Origin: Candidatus Bathyarchaeota archaeon
Lineage (GTDB): Archaea; Thermoproteota; Bathyarchaeia; Bathyarchaeales; Bathycorpusculaceae
DNA length: 64,000 nucleotides
Reading direction: 5' to 3'
Assembly (NCBI GenBank): GCA_963832745.1
Contig: CAWHVC010000001.1
Location: forward strand, 719,555-783,554
The notes below the pieces were generated by a model, which saw nothing but the letters and a program-made list of their open reading frames with translations, ran no database searches and was not told where the DNA came from. This document shows, piece after piece, positions 9,884-19,218 of the stretch (its first letter is position 1; each line of letters opens with the position of its first letter). A program made the position numbers and the translations under genes.

Positions 9884-10744
9884 TTATTGGTTTAATGGTC
9901 GCATAAGGTTTAGTCGCCATTGTTGACCGTAAGCGTTGATTGTCGTCCAATAGCATTCTTTCTGCACTGTTTCGCCACCAGTAGCGTTTAAGGTAAAGCT
10001 GTATTTTCCATGCCCAGAACTCTCAGCTGCCACTCTGTGCCCTACCGCTAAAAGTTCAGTATATCCAGAGTACAGGGGGTCAGTGAAAAGGTTCTTTCCC
10101 TGCTGGGCAGGGTCAGTGTCATAGAGGGATAACCCGTCAGTCTGCATAACCAAAGCTGAATAATCCTTACCGTTTAGCAGTGGTGCAATGGTTGTGTTGA
10201 TTAACTGGTCAGGATGGAAAATGACGCTTACACTGCCGATTTGCTGGTCGTTTGAATTATAAACTGGGCAGGCTAAAGCTACCCCTTGTACGCCTTCAAC
10301 AAGCAGCATTGCTGGAGTCATCATGGGCGTCAATTCGCCATGTGGATTGGTATAGAGCCAAGCTTGTTCGCCAACGTTTTTGCCTTCTGAACTTTGGTAT
10401 TTGCTTGGTTCAACAATTATCATGTTATTGTTTAGGTCCTGTGTTGCTCCATCAATAATGAATGAACTACTCAAAGCTAAATCGTTCACAACAGCACGGG
10501 CTTTGTCACCAGAAATTCCCGTTATTGAGAGTTGCTGGGAAGCGTAAATTAGGCTATCTCTAATTTGTTTAATCTGCGCGTCTATGCCTATTTGTGCCTG
10601 AGACAAAATTTGAGTCATTTCAAGCCGAGTTTCGGCATTGCTTTTTTGGCTACTTGATGTTTGATTAGCAAGATATAGATTGCAACCTATTGATACAATT
10701 AAAGCAACGGTTAACACAGCTACTAAGAGCTTTAAAGTATTCAA
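9884..10744 (-). CDS. Membrane-anchored stand-alone Cache-domain protein
   Basis: N-terminal TM/signal, then ALACPVYNSNDQQIGSVSV and MQTDGLSLYDTDPAQQGKNLFTDP (dCache-like); no cytoplasmic output domain. Confidence 0.7.
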   Translation of the reverse strand: MNTLKLLVAVLTVALIVSIGCNLYLANQTSSSQKSNAETRLEMTQILSQAQIGIDAQIKQIRDSLIYASQQLSITGISGDKARAVVNDLALSSSFIIDGATQDLNNNMIIVEPSKYQSSEGKNVGEQAWLYTNPHGELTPMMTPAMLLVEGVQGVALACPVYNSNDQQIGSVSVIFHPDQLINTTIAPLLNGKDYSALVMQTDGLSLYDTDPAQQGKNLFTDPLYSGYTELLAVGHRVAAESSGHGKYSFTLNATGGETVQKECYWTTINAYGQQWRLNLMRPLNQ

Positions 10745-10842
10745 TTAACATCAAATCTCCATAAGACATTACGGCTTAACGGTAAATAGAGGTTGTTAAG
10801 GGCAAAGCAAGATTAAAAATTCAGTGCAGAAAAACAAAAAAA

Positions 10843-11445
10843 TTAGGCTTTAACTGGAGCCTTTGTAACAACACGCGGGGGCTTTGTAACTACAATAGAC
10901 GGTTTCGTGTCAGGTTTAACTGTATCCTCAATCTTAACCGGATACACCGAGTAACCCACACTTAACCTATAAGGTGCCAAAAGCATGCCCCAAATCTTGC
11001 TTAACTCATCAACCGAAAGCGCATCAGGGACCACTTTTAGGTCCTCCCCAGCTTCGCTTATGCTGCCTTGAAGGTTTGAACCACGTATAATCGGCGTTTC
11101 ATGGAACAGCTGCATAATTTTGCCCAAAACGATTTGGTCATTCTCGCCATTTTGGGTTATAGGCGTGATTAGGTAACGGAGGTTTAGGTAGAGTGGAGGC
11201 TTTGACGGGTTCTGGGTGGGTGTCGGCTGGTTGCGCATGCTGGCTAGTTCGGTGACGTTGTAAAGGTAAACTGAGATTTGTGGCGGTTTTAATTCGGCGG
11301 CGTCTTTAGGTGAAAGGAAATTGATTTGCTCAGGGTTTCTGATGATGACGCTTGTTTGTTTGTCATCTTTGAAAGCGTTCCAGATTCGGTTGGCAAGAGT
11401 TTTGCTTGCACCGTTAATATTGTTAAAGCTCACCTGGTCTGTCAC
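10843..11445 (-). CDS. DUF4255 / Pvc16 (Afp16)-like tail terminator-cap protein
   Basis: ISVYLYNVTE..MRN, PPLYLNLRYLITP, DQIVLGKIMQLFHETP, LSVDELSKIW, YRLSVGYSVYPVKI. Confidence 0.85.
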   Translation of the reverse strand: MTDQVSFNNINGASKTLANRIWNAFKDDKQTSVIIRNPEQINFLSPKDAAELKPPQISVYLYNVTELASMRNQPTPTQNPSKPPLYLNLRYLITPITQNGENDQIVLGKIMQLFHETPIIRGSNLQGSISEAGEDLKVVPDALSVDELSKIWGMLLAPYRLSVGYSVYPVKIEDTVKPDTKPSIVVTKPPRVVTKAPVKA

Positions 11446-11451
11446 CTAAGC

Positions 11452-11886
11452 TTATTTTACGCGTTGCATTGTTTCGAAAACGATTTCTAAGGTTTCAATG
11501 GCTACTTCGTTGGCTTTAGCGTTTAAGTCGGGTCCTTTGTATTTGCTTGGCCAAGCGTTTGTGAAGTCCCAGCGGGCTGCTTCAACGCCTTCCTCGTCAA
11601 TAAGGATTACGGAAACGTTTTTGCGCATGGTGTTGATTTTTCCTTGTTCAATCATTTTCCGCCAATTATAAAGCTCCAATGAGTTAGTGATACCCCATTT
11701 CAGAATTAACGGGTTGTAGGCTGTGGCGCCGGGCAGTTTTTGAGTGGTAACTGATGTGCCTTCTCTGTGTTCGATTACTTCGCTTGCGGATTCAGGCACG
11801 ATTACTTCACAAAAGTTTGCTTGTGCAACACCGGTTATTTCGATTCTGAAACGATGATTTCGAAAAGGGTCTTTTCTGGTTGACAT
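11452..11886 (-). CDS. Phage tail tube protein (T4 gp19-like, Afp1/5-Pvc1 family)
   Basis: RKDPFRNHRFRIEI, EVIEHREG, KLPG, LILKWG, LYNW, RKNVSVIL, RWDFTNAWPSKYKGPDLNA, VAIETLEIVFE; likely start MSTRKDP. Confidence 0.92.
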   Translation of the reverse strand: MSTRKDPFRNHRFRIEITGVAQANFCEVIVPESASEVIEHREGTSVTTQKLPGATAYNPLILKWGITNSLELYNWRKMIEQGKINTMRKNVSVILIDEEGVEAARWDFTNAWPSKYKGPDLNAKANEVAIETLEIVFETMQRVK

Positions 11887-11975
11887 GTTATCGTTAACTC
11901 CAAACATGTACTCAGATGAAGGAATTATTATGTTTTGCCAAAAACTGCAAAGGCAACGCCGTGGATTTAACGCGT

Positions 11976-12320
11976 TTAATTTTTGGTTATGAAATCGCGG
12001 AGGGCTTCTTTTACAGGCATATTAAAAAGCGCACGCAAACGGTCCAAAGATTCCATGCCGCTGGAGGTTATTGCGTAATATTTGGTGCGTCGCCTGCCTT
12101 TTTGTGTCCATTCTCCAACAATGAAGCCGTCTTTTTCCATCTCATAAAGAAGCGGGTAAACTATACCGGAAGGCAAATGCTGTCCAGTTAGATGTTCAAG
12201 TTCTTTGACAAGCCCGTAGCCTGACATGGGCTTCTGGTTAACAAGCCACAGAATAATGCCTCTGCTGAAGTTTGTTACGATGTTTCTTATCGCTTCCCTT
12301 TCAGCCTCATCCACTGTCAA
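11976..12320 (-). CDS. PadR family transcriptional regulator
   Basis: PMSGYGLVKEL, GIVYPLLYEMEKDG, RRTKYYAITSSG. Confidence 0.9.
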   Translation of the reverse strand: MTVDEAEREAIRNIVTNFSRGIILWLVNQKPMSGYGLVKELEHLTGQHLPSGIVYPLLYEMEKDGFIVGEWTQKGRRRTKYYAITSSGMESLDRLRALFNMPVKEALRDFITKN

Positions 12321-12393
12321 AACGCCCCACGTGCAGTTGAATGCTTATTTAATCATCGTATTAAATCATTTTTAAGGGCTAAAGTCAAAAAGG

Positions 12394-12405
12394 TTGATAT
12401 ATCAA
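12394..12405. promoter_or_regulatory. Palindrome TTGATATATCAA between divergent padR genes (candidate operator)
   Basis: Perfect 12-bp palindrome in the short divergent intergenic region. Confidence 0.4.
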
Positions 12406-12431
12406 AAAAAGAAACTCATAATAGTGGAATA

Positions 12432-12761
12432 ATGGTTGACGTAGTCTGTGCTTTCCAAAGAGGATTAGATAGGCCTCTTATTCTTTGGCTTATCTCTAAA
12501 GGACCTGTTCACGGATATGAAATCAACAATGAAGTAAAACGGTTAACTGGTCGACGTCTTAAGCCTGCAACCTTGTATCCACTGCTTAACAAATTGGAAG
12601 ATGACGGTTTTCTGGTAAGCGAATTGATTGAAAAAGGCCGCCGGAAACTGCGATGCTACCGTTTGACGGAGAAGGGAGAAAAATTCCTGTGTAAAACGTC
12701 AGAATTGTTCAAGTTGCCCCTTAGACGGATAATTGCGGATTTGCTAGGCGAACAAGACTAA
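12432..12761 (+). CDS. PadR family transcriptional regulator
   Basis: PVHGYEI, ATLYPLLNKLEDDG, RCYRLTEKG. Confidence 0.9.
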   Translation: MVDVVCAFQRGLDRPLILWLISKGPVHGYEINNEVKRLTGRRLKPATLYPLLNKLEDDGFLVSELIEKGRRKLRCYRLTEKGEKFLCKTSELFKLPLRRIIADLLGEQD

Positions 12762-12917
12762 AAAAAGAGTTAGCGTGCTTTTCGGTTCAGTTCTTGATTG
12801 ATAGTTGTTTTTGGTTTCTAAGGGAGCAAGCATGTGGTTGACAGAGAAGATTATATATCGGAATTTAAATGATTGATAAAATAAAACATTTAAATTATTA
12901 AGCAAGAAGGGTAGAAA

Positions 12918-14510
12918 TTGGACAAAACAAAAAACGGTTACAAAATTGTTTTAACCGCAGACCGAACACTCATGAGCGAATACAACGGAGGCATATTTCT
13001 AGGCTTCAGCGCCTGCATTCCACGCGGAGTAATACCTGACAAGCTCTACTTTTCACTATTTTGCCCATCTATACAGGTTAACAAGGACGGGTCAGCCAAG
13101 TACGCGCCATGTGGAACAAGAAAAATGGAAGCCGAACTTCTAAAAAACGGGTACAGCCCAAACGATGTCATCGTCGCACACCCTGACCACCTTGACAAAG
13201 TCGTTGGACCAAACACAAAAGCCCTTTGCATAACAGGAAATGACCCCTTAGGCATGGGACCAGCCACATCCACATTTAGGAACCTGTTCGGCGGCCAATC
13301 CTATATGGAACTCAAATTCAAAGAAATCCTAAACAACCCCGCCGTCCAAAAATACAAGCCCAAAATTATCGTTGGCGGAGCAGGCGCGTGGCAACTGGAA
13401 GAGGAGCAGGTGCGAAAAACCTTGGGCGTTGACTGCGTGGTTATTGGTGAAGGAGAAAAAGCGATGGATTCACTTTTTACTTCAACAGCTCTTGAAGAGC
13501 CCTGGCCGGGAGTTGTTAACGCCCCAGTTGTAGCTGAACCAGACATCCCACTTATTCAAAACGGCACAATCGACGGTATTGTGGAGATTTCCCGTGGCTG
13601 CGGCAGAGGTTGTGCATTCTGTGTGCCTACTCTTCAACAGTACCGTTGTCGTTCTATAGAGAGCATTCTAAAGGAGGTTGATGTTAACCTTAAAGCTGGA
13701 AGACGCCCTTTGCTTCACGCAGAAGACGTCCTCAGATATAAAGCCAAAGGTTTTGAAATAAATGAGCCAGCAGTAAAGGAACTCTTTGATACTGTTTACC
13801 ATCACCATGGCGTTAAAGCGGTGGCGATTAGCCATTTTGCGCTTTCCTCTGTAGTAAGCGCTCCAAACCTAATCAAGGATTTATCACAGATTTTGGATGT
13901 GACAAGTGACAGTTTATGGATGAGCGGTCAATGTGGTGTTGAAACAGGCAGCCCAAAAATTATCAAGAACCTGATGGCAGGCAAAGCTAAACCGTTCTTG
14001 CCTGATGATTGGCCAGAGGTTGTCGAGAAAGGCTTCCAGATTTTAAACGAGAACAATTGGGTTCCAGTAGCCACTTTAATCATTGGTTTACCTGACGAGG
14101 AAGAAGAAGACACCCAACTAACAATTGACCTTGTAGAAAGGCTCAAGGAACACAAAAGCCTAATTGTGCCCTTATTCATGGTCAGTGAAGGCGGATTAAA
14201 AGGCAAATCAGAATCCTTCACCATGGACAAAATCAACCGTATACAATCAGAGCTTTTTCTTAAATGCTGGCAACATAACCTTGACTGGAGCGGCACACTT
14301 ATCAAAGAATATTTTGCTCAAAGCATTACAAGGGGCTATGGTATGCGGCTAGTTTTTGGGTATGGCGTTAAAGAAGCAAACAAGTTGATTAAGCAATGCA
14401 AGGACGAGTATAATTATGACATGAACACCATGATTAAAGATGTCAAGGCAGGCAAAATCAAGATTGGACCATTGCCGGCAAGGCTCCTTTACAAGGTTGT
14501 AAAGCACTAA
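12918..14510 (+). CDS. B12-binding-like radical SAM protein resembling archaeal tetraether-lipid modifying enzymes (Grs/Gms/Gmm group)
   Basis: CGRGCAFC radical SAM motif; N-terminal IVLTADRTLMS, APCGTRKMEA, DPLGMGP, IVGGAGAWQ motifs. Confidence 0.75.
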   Translation: MDKTKNGYKIVLTADRTLMSEYNGGIFLGFSACIPRGVIPDKLYFSLFCPSIQVNKDGSAKYAPCGTRKMEAELLKNGYSPNDVIVAHPDHLDKVVGPNTKALCITGNDPLGMGPATSTFRNLFGGQSYMELKFKEILNNPAVQKYKPKIIVGGAGAWQLEEEQVRKTLGVDCVVIGEGEKAMDSLFTSTALEEPWPGVVNAPVVAEPDIPLIQNGTIDGIVEISRGCGRGCAFCVPTLQQYRCRSIESILKEVDVNLKAGRRPLLHAEDVLRYKAKGFEINEPAVKELFDTVYHHHGVKAVAISHFALSSVVSAPNLIKDLSQILDVTSDSLWMSGQCGVETGSPKIIKNLMAGKAKPFLPDDWPEVVEKGFQILNENNWVPVATLIIGLPDEEEEDTQLTIDLVERLKEHKSLIVPLFMVSEGGLKGKSESFTMDKINRIQSELFLKCWQHNLDWSGTLIKEYFAQSITRGYGMRLVFGYGVKEANKLIKQCKDEYNYDMNTMIKDVKAGKIKIGPLPARLLYKVVKH

Positions 14511-14656
14511 ACAGACAACTTTTCTTTATTTTTATTTTGTGGATAGAAGGTTTAACTTCGAATTAACTTTTTTATTTAAAGATTTAACGTTAACAGAGAG
14601 CATAGTTTATTTTCAGGTAGCCAAGAAAATATTAGGGTAACGTAGGGCAGCTTCGC

Positions 14657-15754
14657 TTGACCAGCATACAAACTCCAGTTTCATTCAAGAAATGGATCAT
14701 AATTTCTGCAGCCATAGGATATGCCTCACTCATCATTTACCTACTCTACTTTGTCGGGTTTTTTGAGTTAATAGATACCATCCAAAAAGTCAACGTTGGC
14801 ACTTACCTTTTAGCAATTACTTCCGTAATCGTTTCCATTACACTTCACGCCCTTGTCTGGTTCAAACTCCTGCATTATGTCGGCATTAAGCTGAGTTTCA
14901 GAAGAACAAACGTGCTTTACTGGCTTGGCGTATTCGTGGACAATCTTATCCCAGGCGGATGGTCCGGCGACCTCTTCAAAGCATACTTGCTTGGCAAAGA
15001 ACCAGGAATCGACGGCGGCAAAGCGGTAGCGTCTGTTGTTGCCAAAAACATGTACGAAGCCATCTTTAACTTGGGAAACATGGTACTGGGGCTTGTCCTG
15101 CTTTTGCTTAATTACAGTTTTGAAGGCACAATCTTGCTTGGAATAGCCGCAGTTATGTTGCTGTTGACAGTGCCACTGTTTCTGTTGATGATTATCAGTT
15201 TTAAACCTAAAGGCGCAAAGAAACTCATTGCTATGCTTATCCGTGGAATAGCACAGTTTTCTAAAAACAAAATTAACCTCTCCAAGTTTCAAGGGGAAAT
15301 AAACAAGCTTTTAGATGATTACCACGAAGGCATGAAGATTCTAATAAAAAACCCAAAAATGCTTGGGCAACCAATGCTTATCTCTTTCTTTGCGTGGGGG
15401 TCTGAAATTTTAACGCTTTACCTCGTGTTTGCTTCGCTAGGCTTTTTTGTGGATGCAGATAAAATCATTATTGTTCGTTCAATCGCAGGCAACGTTGAAT
15501 CTCAGGGGTACGCGTTTGCAGGTTACGCCCAAATAATCACCACTGCTTTATACACGGCGTTAGGTATAGTCCCAGCCGTTGCAGCCTCCGTAGGCATCCT
15601 TGGCAGTGTAGTAATGTTCTGGTTAAAAACAGGAATATCTTACGTTGCATTTCACTGTGTGGTTTTTGCGGGTTGTGCAGGTTATTTGTGTAGGATTGTT
15701 AGGGCATCTGATTCTTGCAAGACAAATAGTAAAGATTCAAAAGGCAAAGGGTAA
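14657..15754 (+). CDS. Lysylphosphatidylglycerol-synthase TM domain / UPF0104 flippase-like membrane protein
   Basis: GVFVDNLIPGGWSGDLFKAYLL motif, about 8 TM helices. Confidence 0.8.
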   Translation: MTSIQTPVSFKKWIIISAAIGYASLIIYLLYFVGFFELIDTIQKVNVGTYLLAITSVIVSITLHALVWFKLLHYVGIKLSFRRTNVLYWLGVFVDNLIPGGWSGDLFKAYLLGKEPGIDGGKAVASVVAKNMYEAIFNLGNMVLGLVLLLLNYSFEGTILLGIAAVMLLLTVPLFLLMIISFKPKGAKKLIAMLIRGIAQFSKNKINLSKFQGEINKLLDDYHEGMKILIKNPKMLGQPMLISFFAWGSEILTLYLVFASLGFFVDADKIIIVRSIAGNVESQGYAFAGYAQIITTALYTALGIVPAVAASVGILGSVVMFWLKTGISYVAFHCVVFAGCAGYLCRIVRASDSCKTNSKDSKGKG

Positions 15755-15859
15755 GAACAATAAATAGGTCTACCATGTAAGCGTTGAATTGGGTAGCAAC
15801 AGCTTAAATATTTGAAAAGACCCTTTTTTTAGGTAAGCACCAAGTGAGAGTGTTTTTTT

Positions 15860-16057
15860 ATGCCAGAACATATGGAAATTTCTTCAGACAGTATGGGAAA
15901 AATGAAGCAGGCAGCAAATCAATTCAAAGATACATTAGTAGAATATTTCAAAGAAAACAATGTGGAAATAAAAGATTGGAAATTCGGCGTTGAAAACAGT
16001 GAAGGCAACTACATAATTGATGCTGCATTAAAAATCAAAATAAGCCCAAAAAAATAA
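15860..16057 (+). CDS. Small hypothetical protein
   Basis: 65-aa ORF with natural composition, TTAAATA box upstream. Confidence 0.6.
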   Translation: MPEHMEISSDSMGKMKQAANQFKDTLVEYFKENNVEIKDWKFGVENSEGNYIIDAALKIKISPKK

Positions 16058-16085
16058 ACTATCCCCCATTTTTTGGAGCCTGTTA

Positions 16086-16394
16086 GTGCAAAATAAAAAT
16101 CAGTATAATCAAGTAATTTTAAAGCTTATAACAGAACTCTTTGCTAACCCTGTTATCCAGTTTTTTCTTGACCCCATGATACCTAAACTTATCACCTTTT
16201 ACCTACAAAGATACCTTAACAATTGGCAAAAAAAGGGATTAATAAAAAAGTATCATGTTGAAGTTCAACGGTTAGGCAAACTCTACTACAAAATAGGTTT
16301 ACACGCTTTAGCAGCAGAAAAAGAAACAAACATTTCAGTACTAAACTACATTTCCAGCAGGGTCGAGAATATTCTTAATCAAACAATTAAATAA
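16086..16394 (+). CDS. Hypothetical protein
   Basis: 102-aa ORF co-oriented with the previous gene, fills the gap. Confidence 0.5.
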   Translation: MQNKNQYNQVILKLITELFANPVIQFFLDPMIPKLITFYLQRYLNNWQKKGLIKKYHVEVQRLGKLYYKIGLHALAAEKETNISVLNYISSRVENILNQTIK

Positions 16395-16419
16395 AATAAG
16401 AAAAGGTTGGGCTGATTTT

Positions 16420-17544
16420 TTATTCAGCGTTTGCTGAAGTGTCAACGATGCTTTTTATTTCCTTGTTAAGCATGTCAGGCAAACCTAAAATGCCTACATC
16501 CATAAAGCCACGGATAATCAACGAAACCGCTTGGTCACGTGAAAGCTTGCGAGTCATAAGGTAAGTGATTTCTTTTTCACTGATTTTGCCTACTGCAGCT
16601 TCATGGGTGATTTCGACGCCTTTCTTTGTCGCGATAAGTTCAGGTATTGACTGCATAAAAGATTCGTTATCCATTAGTAACCCGCGGCACTCTAAGTGAC
16701 CTTTGCATTCAGAGTTGTTGCCTTCAATTAAACCGCGAATAATCATTTTTGATCCTTCGCGGGCAATTGCACGGCTAACCATTTCGGCTTTACTGCCTCT
16801 TCCTGTTAGAACTGCTTTTGAACCAATGTCTAAGAGGCTGTTTTTGTGACCATAAAGTATGCTGTTGAAGCTTACTCTGGACTCGACGCCATTGCAGTAT
16901 GCCACTGGATACATTTGCATGTCACGGACTGGACGCATACATACATAGTTAGAAACAAAGGTAGCGTTATCATCTATTTGGGCAGCACTTCTTGGACGAA
17001 CCATTGTTTGTTCGCTCCATTGGTGAATCATTGTGAAGTTTAGCATTGCACCCTTTTTGACATAGATTTCAGAAATGCCCATGTGGGTAGCATTCGGGAC
17101 ATTGTAATGTTGAAGGCAACTGGTGATTATATGAGCTTTTGAATCTTCCTCAGCAATAATTATGTTATGCACTTTTTGTTCAAGATTCTTCTGTGTGATC
17201 ATTAAACATGACTGCAGTGGAAAATCGATTTCTGCCCCTTTAAGAATCCGCATGAAGTATCCACCGCTGTAGTCTTCAGCAACTTTTTTGGTGTATTCAT
17301 CTTTGTCTTTGTTAACTAGTTTCCACCGGTACTCTTCAAGCCATGGATACTTTTTCAACGCAACTTTAATGTCCATAAGCTCTATTTTTCCTTCATAGAG
17401 CTCGTTGACCTTAGCAGCGATTGTTTCCTGATTTACATGATAGAATGTGCCTGAACGTTTTGATTCGTCACTTTCCATTCCAGCTTTTTGAGCTTCCAAT
17501 AGAATCTGGTGTGGAATTTTGGTTAAATCACTTTCTTTGGCCAT
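16420..17544 (-). CDS. sufB: SufB/D-family Fe-S scaffold (SmsB)
   Basis: GHLECRGLL, SIPEL, THEAAVGKI, YLMTR, LIIRGF. Confidence 0.9.
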   Translation of the reverse strand: MAKESDLTKIPHQILLEAQKAGMESDESKRSGTFYHVNQETIAAKVNELYEGKIELMDIKVALKKYPWLEEYRWKLVNKDKDEYTKKVAEDYSGGYFMRILKGAEIDFPLQSCLMITQKNLEQKVHNIIIAEEDSKAHIITSCLQHYNVPNATHMGISEIYVKKGAMLNFTMIHQWSEQTMVRPRSAAQIDDNATFVSNYVCMRPVRDMQMYPVAYCNGVESRVSFNSILYGHKNSLLDIGSKAVLTGRGSKAEMVSRAIAREGSKMIIRGLIEGNNSECKGHLECRGLLMDNESFMQSIPELIATKKGVEITHEAAVGKISEKEITYLMTRKLSRDQAVSLIIRGFMDVGILGLPDMLNKEIKSIVDTSANAE

Positions 17545-18298
17545 TGTTTTTCCATCCTTCGTCTGTTCTTATTCGGCAGGCTACGCATTCCTCGTATCCT
17601 AAACGTTTAATGTCCTCATAAATACGCATTGGGTCTTTAAAGCAGTGGAATTGACCGCTAAGCAGAATACAACCGTATGAAGCCTTAATGTTTTCCATAA
17701 TATCACCTTTATGGGTAATAATTAAAGCTGAACTGCCAGTACTTTCAACGTATTTTTGAATTGCAGTTGAAATCATCCTTAAACTTTCAACGTCAACGCC
17801 TGAATCAGGCTCATCAAGCAGAAGCAATTGGGGCTTAAGGAATATCAACTGTAAGATTTCAGAACGTTTTCTTTCTCCACCGCTGAAACCCATGTTAACA
17901 TCTCGGTTAAGAAAGCTGGTTAAACGGAAAGATTCAATCTGAGCCATTTCTTCGGGACTAAACTCGTCAGTTGCAGATTTGCCTAAACAAAGCTTAAGCA
18001 AATCTCCAAGCTTAACACCGGTTATTTCAGGTGGGCTTTGGAAGCTAACGATTATGCCCAGTTTTGCGCGTTCGTCAACCCCTTTATTGGTTATGTCTAC
18101 TCCACGGAAAAGTATTTGTCCAGAAACAACCTCGTAACCTGGGAGCCCCATTAAGGTACTGATAAGCGTTGTTTTTCCTGAACCGTTAGGTCCAAAAAGA
18201 ATGTGGCTTTTTCCTTCTTTAAGGTCGAAGGTTAAATCTTTGAGAATCAATTTGCCCTCAACTTTAACGGACAGCCCTTTAACTTCAAGCATTGACAT
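17528..18298 (-). CDS. sufC: SufC-like ABC ATPase (SmsC)
   Basis: GPNGSGKT, GFSGGERKRSE, LLDEPDSGVD; C-terminal CVAC. Confidence 0.9.
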   Translation of the reverse strand: MSMLEVKGLSVKVEGKLILKDLTFDLKEGKSHILFGPNGSGKTTLISTLMGLPGYEVVSGQILFRGVDITNKGVDERAKLGIIVSFQSPPEITGVKLGDLLKLCLGKSATDEFSPEEMAQIESFRLTSFLNRDVNMGFSGGERKRSEILQLIFLKPQLLLLDEPDSGVDVESLRMISTAIQKYVESTGSSALIITHKGDIMENIKASYGCILLSGQFHCFKDPMRIYEDIKRLGYEECVACRIRTDEGWKNNGQRK

Positions 18299-18421
18299 AA
18301 TTGATCAAAAAGAAGTGTACTAAGGAAAAATAAAACCTTTTATTAAAAAATCAATCATTTAATCAACAAAATACGCATTTCGATAAATACAACCAGAAGA
18401 GCAATACATAAGAAAAAAAGT

Positions 18422-18909
18422 TTAGAAAGGAAGAAGTTTAGTGTTTTCGACTTGTGTGTCTGTCAGGTTATCGATTGCATAGTATCCTGGCGGCAAATTG
18501 GTGGTTCCACCGACAGCTTCAAGGATCACCATCAATCCTGGAACTGGACTTGTGTTTGTGCTGTTCCCTAAGTAATCTGTCTGAACGGGAGTGAATATAG
18601 CTTGAACGGTAATGTTGTCACCTGAATTAACAATAAAGGTTAGTGGAAGGTTTTTGCTTATAGTTGAGCTTGTTTGATTATAGATTATCCATTAAAGAAA
18701 CGCAAATGTGCTTTCACCATTTGCTGTTATGGTGTCTGTATCACCATTGTTGTATGTGTACGTGCCAGCAGTTGGGGTGGTTGTTCTGCCTACAGATTCA
18801 AGAACATTTACAGTTGCCTGATTTTGAGCGTTCACAGCACTGACTGAAACAGTCAGAATCGAAACTAAAATGAAAAAATCATTGTTGAAACAAAAATTTT
18901 GTTTTTCAT
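18422..18909 (-). pseudogene. Degraded secreted/surface protein with repeated small beta-domains
   Basis: MKNKIFVSTMIF, frameshift in T-run ~18875, then signal peptide and ATVNVLESVGRTTTPTAGTYTY..., in-frame TAA ~18692, second partial repeat ILEAVGGTTNLPPGYY. Confidence 0.65.
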
Positions 18910-19218
18910 TTTAGAAACCTACTTTTTAGATTCTACTTGAATTTTTTTTATGCAAGCATTAAATATTAAAGTTAGCGGTTGTATCGATACAGTCATAAAC
19001 TATGGCTATGTAGATCCAAAAGCGCTTAATAGACAAGTTACCAAAAAACCTGTTATAGAAAACAAGAAAATTGTCTCATGGAGCGGTCGCAAAATACAAA
19101 TAAACAGAATAACCAACGAATTGTACCCAGAATTGAATCAAAATTCAAAAATTTACCCCTAAATTACGCAAATGTTTTATTCTCAAACAAACAAACTATC
19201 TGTGGAGATAAAAAAAGA

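Noticed and set aside
18950-19218. ORF 18950..19162 and the N-terminal extension of the Lrp/AsnC ORF
   Set aside because: AT-rich promoter-like DNA with no motifs; an SD supports the start at 19219
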